From the NCBI RefSeq assembly GCF_009914755.1, contig NC_060939.1: a DNA stretch of 64,000 nucleotides; one strand, written 5' to 3'. The notes under the pieces are model-generated. The model saw nothing but the letters and a program-made list of their open reading frames with translations. It was not told the DNA's origin and ran no database searches. The position numbers and the translations under genes were made by a program. How positions within the stretch are numbered: position 1 is the stretch's first letter; every line of letters starts with the position of its first letter. This stretch comes from the human T2T-CHM13v2.0 reference genome, Homo sapiens. Shown here piece after piece: positions 58,686-64,000 of the stretch.

Positions 58686-58840
58686 AGCTTCAGAGGTTTT
58701 TGTGGGTTTTTTTTTTTTTAACATTCTATCAACTTTTAAGTTCTGGGGTACATGTGCAGGATGTGCAGGTTTGTTACATAGGTAAACATGTGCCATGGTG
58801 GTTTGCTGCATGGATCAACCCATCACCCAGGTATTAAGCC
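58686..58840 (-). mobile_element. Very short L1PA 3' terminal fragment plus flank (copy 1 of a local duplication)
   Basis: GGGTACATGTGCAGGATGTGCAGGTTTGTTACATAGGTAAACATGTGCCATGGTGG...AGGTATTAAGCC. Confidence 0.85.
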
Positions 58841-59601
58841 GGAGCTGTGGAGTTTATACAGGAAGCCCAATACAGAGAATGTAACCAAGACTCATGCTTA
58901 GGAGATGGCTGCCCTCTCTCATCTGTCATCACTGGGGAGTCAAATGTTTCAAATGAATCAATTTCACAATAATTGAAATTAGCCCTTGAGGGACGCAATT
59001 CTTCCTTTAAACAATTCAAAAAGAAGCAAAGTAAAGCTATGTATACCACATGCAGATAGATGTAAAAACGGAACCTGATGAACTAATTCTGTACTCAGAA
59101 ATTACTGACGGCATTTTACTTGAGAGACATGCGTGTCAGCCATTTCTGCCACGGGGGTTCTTCTGATGCTGTGATAGGCTGTGATGAGGAAGCCATTCCA
59201 AGTTGGTGTAGCAGGAGTTTGTGTGTCTTCTGGCTGGGCAGCCGGGGACCTCCGTGCTGTCGGAATGTGTTTTGTATATTGTCTGTCATGTCTCTTCCTA
59301 GTTTTTTCCAAAAGCCCTCTCTTTTAACATGACATTAATAAGACAATTAGAACTTAGTGTAAACTAACAGTAAATAGTACATATGTTTCAGTGCATGGAC
59401 TTCGTATGTTCTTCTTAGTCTGCTCATGATGTCTTTTGTCAAAAAAACTTTCATTCTCATCTGCATTCTGGATCATTGAGGTTCCCAGAAAAGTGATTTC
59501 TGCGGGTTATATAAACAGTTATTTGCGACATCTCTTAATGTAACCTGGAAAGTTTCTAACCCAGACATTTAACTTTGTACTTCAACACTGGTTTATTATC
59601 A

Positions 59602-59734
59602 AGCTTCGGAGGTTTTTCTGGGTTTTTTTTTTTTTTTTTTTGACATTTTATCAACTTTTATTTTAAGTTCTAGGGTACATGTGCAGGATGTGCAGGTCTG
59701 TGACATAGGTAAACATGCGCCATGGTGGTTTGCT
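59602..59734 (-). mobile_element. Duplicate of 58686-58807 (L1PA end plus flank)
   Basis: Shares flank AGCTTC(A/G)GAGGTTTTT(G/C)TGGG and tail ACATT(C/T)TATCAACTTTT with copy 1. Confidence 0.85.
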
Positions 59735-60327
59735 ATGAAAATACACATTTTAAGGGGAATGTGCTGGGGAGGGACATGCTGATGTGCATTGGTGAAAACT
59801 GAAGGGCGATGGTGAGATCCTCCTCAAAGTGAGCTCCTTGGCAATCAATCTTGCTGAGTGTTGCCACTGAAAGGAGAAAGGGAGTGCTCGGTGCGTCCTT
59901 ACCCTTCAGGGGCAGGCGGACTGCTTGGGACTTTTATGTATATAAACCTATTGACTCTTCCCCCAAAGTCTATTGGGGTATGAGATTCCATTCACAGCCT
60001 CTATTTAACCATTTAACTTAGCCATTCCTCTGTGAATCCATGTTATTGCTGAAGATAATAATAATAATTTAGAAAAAAATCTCTAAGTGACTATAGTTTT
60101 ATTTGACCAAAACTTGAATTTCGAGTCTGTCCTAGTTGATCTGTTGGTCATGCAGTCCTGGGACTCTGTTCCCCTCCGGGTCTCATCTATAAGATGTCGA
60201 AGGGGAGAGGGAAGCAGCAGAGAGGAAGGTGGACAAGATGGATAAGACGTCACCTAAGGTCCTTAGCATGTTGAAATTATATGATTTTGATCTAAACCTA
60301 ATTGGTTACACTTCCTTTCCTGGTTAG

Positions 60328-60441
<114 letters not shown>

Positions 60442-62305
60442 TAAAATAAATTTGCTCTAAGTAATTCAATTATGGATGACCAAAGGATAAGGAAACGGTT
60501 CGGCTTAGCTATAAGACAGAACTGGCCTATCCTGGGGGCAGGGCCTGGGCTAGCTGCGCGAATTGGCATGTGGTTCTCAGACGTGTGGCACAGAATGGCA
60601 TCAATTACCGATGATCCTCTGCAGAGAATCATTCTCCCTTGATAGATGTTTCTCCTACTATGAGGATGACCTCAGCTATCCTCATCATATGGCTAAAGGA
60701 AAGGTTTTCTTTTTTCTTTTTTTTTTTTTTTTTATCAATTATTTGGACCTGGAGGCATTAAAGAATCTTTCCAGAAAGCATTTCCCGCTGGTGTGTTTCA
60801 CGAAATGAAGCTTTCTGGCAGAAGACACTTTAGAAAAAAATAGACACTTTGAAGGAAAAAAAATAGTTGCTACCCGGGTGATGCGGGGATAGTTAACAAT
60901 GTAACCACCAGATTTCTTTTCTCCTAGAAATTTACATGAGCATGGAAAGCGGTAACCTTTATCACTCTATTTGCAAGTGCAAGGTCTATATAGTAATACA
61001 GAAGCTAAGGGACTTCCGAATGTGTCCTTTATACATTGCAAGGCCATCAAATCTATTCTGAATGTCAGTGCAGAGGTAAAGCCCTTCCACTGAGGGCAGG
61101 GAGATGTAAATGTTTCCTTAGCTGCTGGAGTGCTGGACTGATGTTCTTGGTCAGCAAACTGATGACGTTGGAAGTGGATGCAGTGAAGGGCGTGTGCAGA
61201 GTAGGCTTGGATTTTATCTTGCCCATGAGTTTTTGTGACAGACGTGCAAATGCACACTGGCCCCACCTATACAGACCCCCCTCTGTGTGGCACCTCATGA
61301 CAGTTAGGCTCTGCTAACAAAGAAAGTGGCACAGAGGAGCTCATAGAAAAATGTGAGGGCATTGGGGGGAAGCCATGACATGGAATGGGGTTTCCACTAG
61401 GAGACTCCCAAGTGCCCCGTACAGGTGCTAGGAGGAGAACGAGACCCTTGCCCTGGGCCTTGATTTCTCCCTTGGTCTGAGTGACTGTTCTGAGCCAGAG
61501 GCCACCACACCCTCTGCAGCTGGAAAGGTCCTGGCCTCCACCCCAGAGCCTGGGAGAAGAAATTCAGTGTCCCACATCTCCCCTGCCAAGCTTCTGCTCA
61601 CCCCCAAGCCAGCTCTGGACACACAGAGACTCGGTAGAGTCACTCCTGACTGGTGTCCCACATCCACTCCCTGCTGTACCTTCCTAGAAAGAGAGAGGCA
61701 TGGAGGGGCCTTCGAGATGAATGTGGCCCATTTTCCTGAGAAAAAGAGACAGTGACACTACTCTAAATGGCCCTCACTTCTTTCCTTTTAGAAAGAAGGT
61801 TCCGTTGTGATTATTCTATCAGTGCACAAAAGATCCAGTTCTGCTCCCATGGGGTGGGTGAGGCTGAAGGGAGAAAAACGGCCTTCATGCTCCTCCCTGT
61901 CTGCGAACTGTTCCACGATGGTCAGTTCTGCAATCCAGAAAGGAAGGAATTTCCCCATTCTCACTCTTGGACCACAAGTTCCCAGCTGGGATCAAATGCC
62001 AGGCAGACACTTCCCACCTGATCTGTGAACAGCAGGCTCGTGTGCGTTCACACTGAGGCAGCCAGTGGAAAGTCCTTCCGTACTTGGGTCCCTGAGAAAA
62101 ATACTCTTTAGGAAATATTTTTAAATGCTTTTTATAATCAGAAACAAACATTGGTATTTGGCCACTGTAGAAATATTAAGATGTAAAGAAGAAAAAAAAT
62201 CACTTGAACGCTCCCAGCCATTCAAGTGATTGAAAAACATGCTGCTGCTTGCAGCCTGTCTGCCAGCGGGACAATCTGCTGTTCTCTATAACTGATGGCC
62301 GTGGT

Positions 62306-62900
<595 letters not shown>

Positions 62901-63152
62901 TGAGACACGGCTCTCTGGCAATACTTGCAGGTGTTAATGCCTCTAGACTGAATCCCTTTCATTTTGAAGTCAGACTTTTGTCCTCTGCAGCTCAGCTTCT
63001 TGACCAAGTTGTTGTCTATAGGCAGTTGAGCTACATCAGTGGTCTCAGACTTGGGGCACTCACAGATTGGTGACCATGAGCTGGGCCATATCCTGGTACC
63101 ACCTGTGTGTTTATGTACTTAACTTTTTTCTTTTTTGTATAAACTTCCTTTT

Positions 63153-63470
<318 letters not shown>

Positions 63471-63679
63471 TTAACTCCCTTTTAAACTTAAGTTTAATCT
63501 CATCCTAAGAAACAATATTCATGAAATCACAGGTTTGATGTGCTAATTTTATTTTTCTAATACTTACCAAAATAAATGCCACCACTTAACATAGAAAAAA
63601 TTGTTCCCATGTGACCTAAAATCATTCCTCAGTCACCCCTGAACTGGCTAGTAGCGAGCATATGTGGAGCGGTGGTGAG

Positions 63680-63915
63680 GGCAGGATAGCCTGGTTATAG
63701 GAAACCTCAGAATAGGAAAGACCTGGGTTCAAATCCCCACTCTGCCACTTACTAGCTGTGTGACTTTGGACAAGTTGTGAAACCTCTCTGAGATTTATTT
63801 CTTCATGTAAAATGTCACCGATAATGATAACTCAGTGGTGTAAGAATGATCTATTTAAGATTCTAGGCAGAGTCCCTGGCAGGCAGTAAGCACTAAATAG
63901 ATGACAGCTATCATT
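63680..63915 (+). mobile_element. MIR
   Basis: GACCTGGGTTCAAATCCCCACTCTGCCACTTACTAGCTGTGTGACTTTGGACAAGTT. Confidence 0.9.
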
Positions 63916-64000
63916 AATAATAGCAGTTATCATAATGAGGTCATGTGAAGACCCATTTTCTAACCTCAGCTACATGCACTGCTGGCCAGTAATTTCTAGA

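Overview
Mammalian (human-type: AluY/AluS/AluJ, L1PA) genomic DNA containing the 5' end of ALDH1A3 (retinaldehyde dehydrogenase 3, 15q26.3) on the + strand. It holds a CpG-island promoter (GC boxes, CCAAT 54818, CATAAA 54859) and coding exons 1-3 (54966-55064, 60328-60432, 62634-62774; residues 1-115, all introns GT-AG, phase 0); the gene continues beyond the window. The ~54 kb upstream is non-coding and repeat-rich (about 19 Alus, L1, MIR, L2, MaLR LTRs, a hAT element). It includes a second CpG island at ~24.5-25.1 kb that looks like a lncRNA promoter. Apart from the ALDH1A3 exons, the ORF track is repeat-derived, GC-driven or chance. I see no evidence of a new protein-coding system. The best leads are regulatory: (1) a 10 x 30-bp VNTR whose last unit probably supplies the exon-3 branch point; (2) a candidate upstream first exon (MSECE, in frame with exon 2) next to a p53/p63-like element; (3) three perfect nuclear-receptor DR0 elements, one inside coding exon 1, plus an Alu DR2, suggesting retinoid feedback; (4) convergent CTCF sites bracketing an upstream domain; (5) an AluY with strongly GC-biased substitutions, part of an inverted AluY pair around the upstream island; (6) a tailless Alu fragment with target-site duplication (TSD), and a local templated duplication. 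Repeat subfamilies are called by eye and boundaries of old repeats are approximate.
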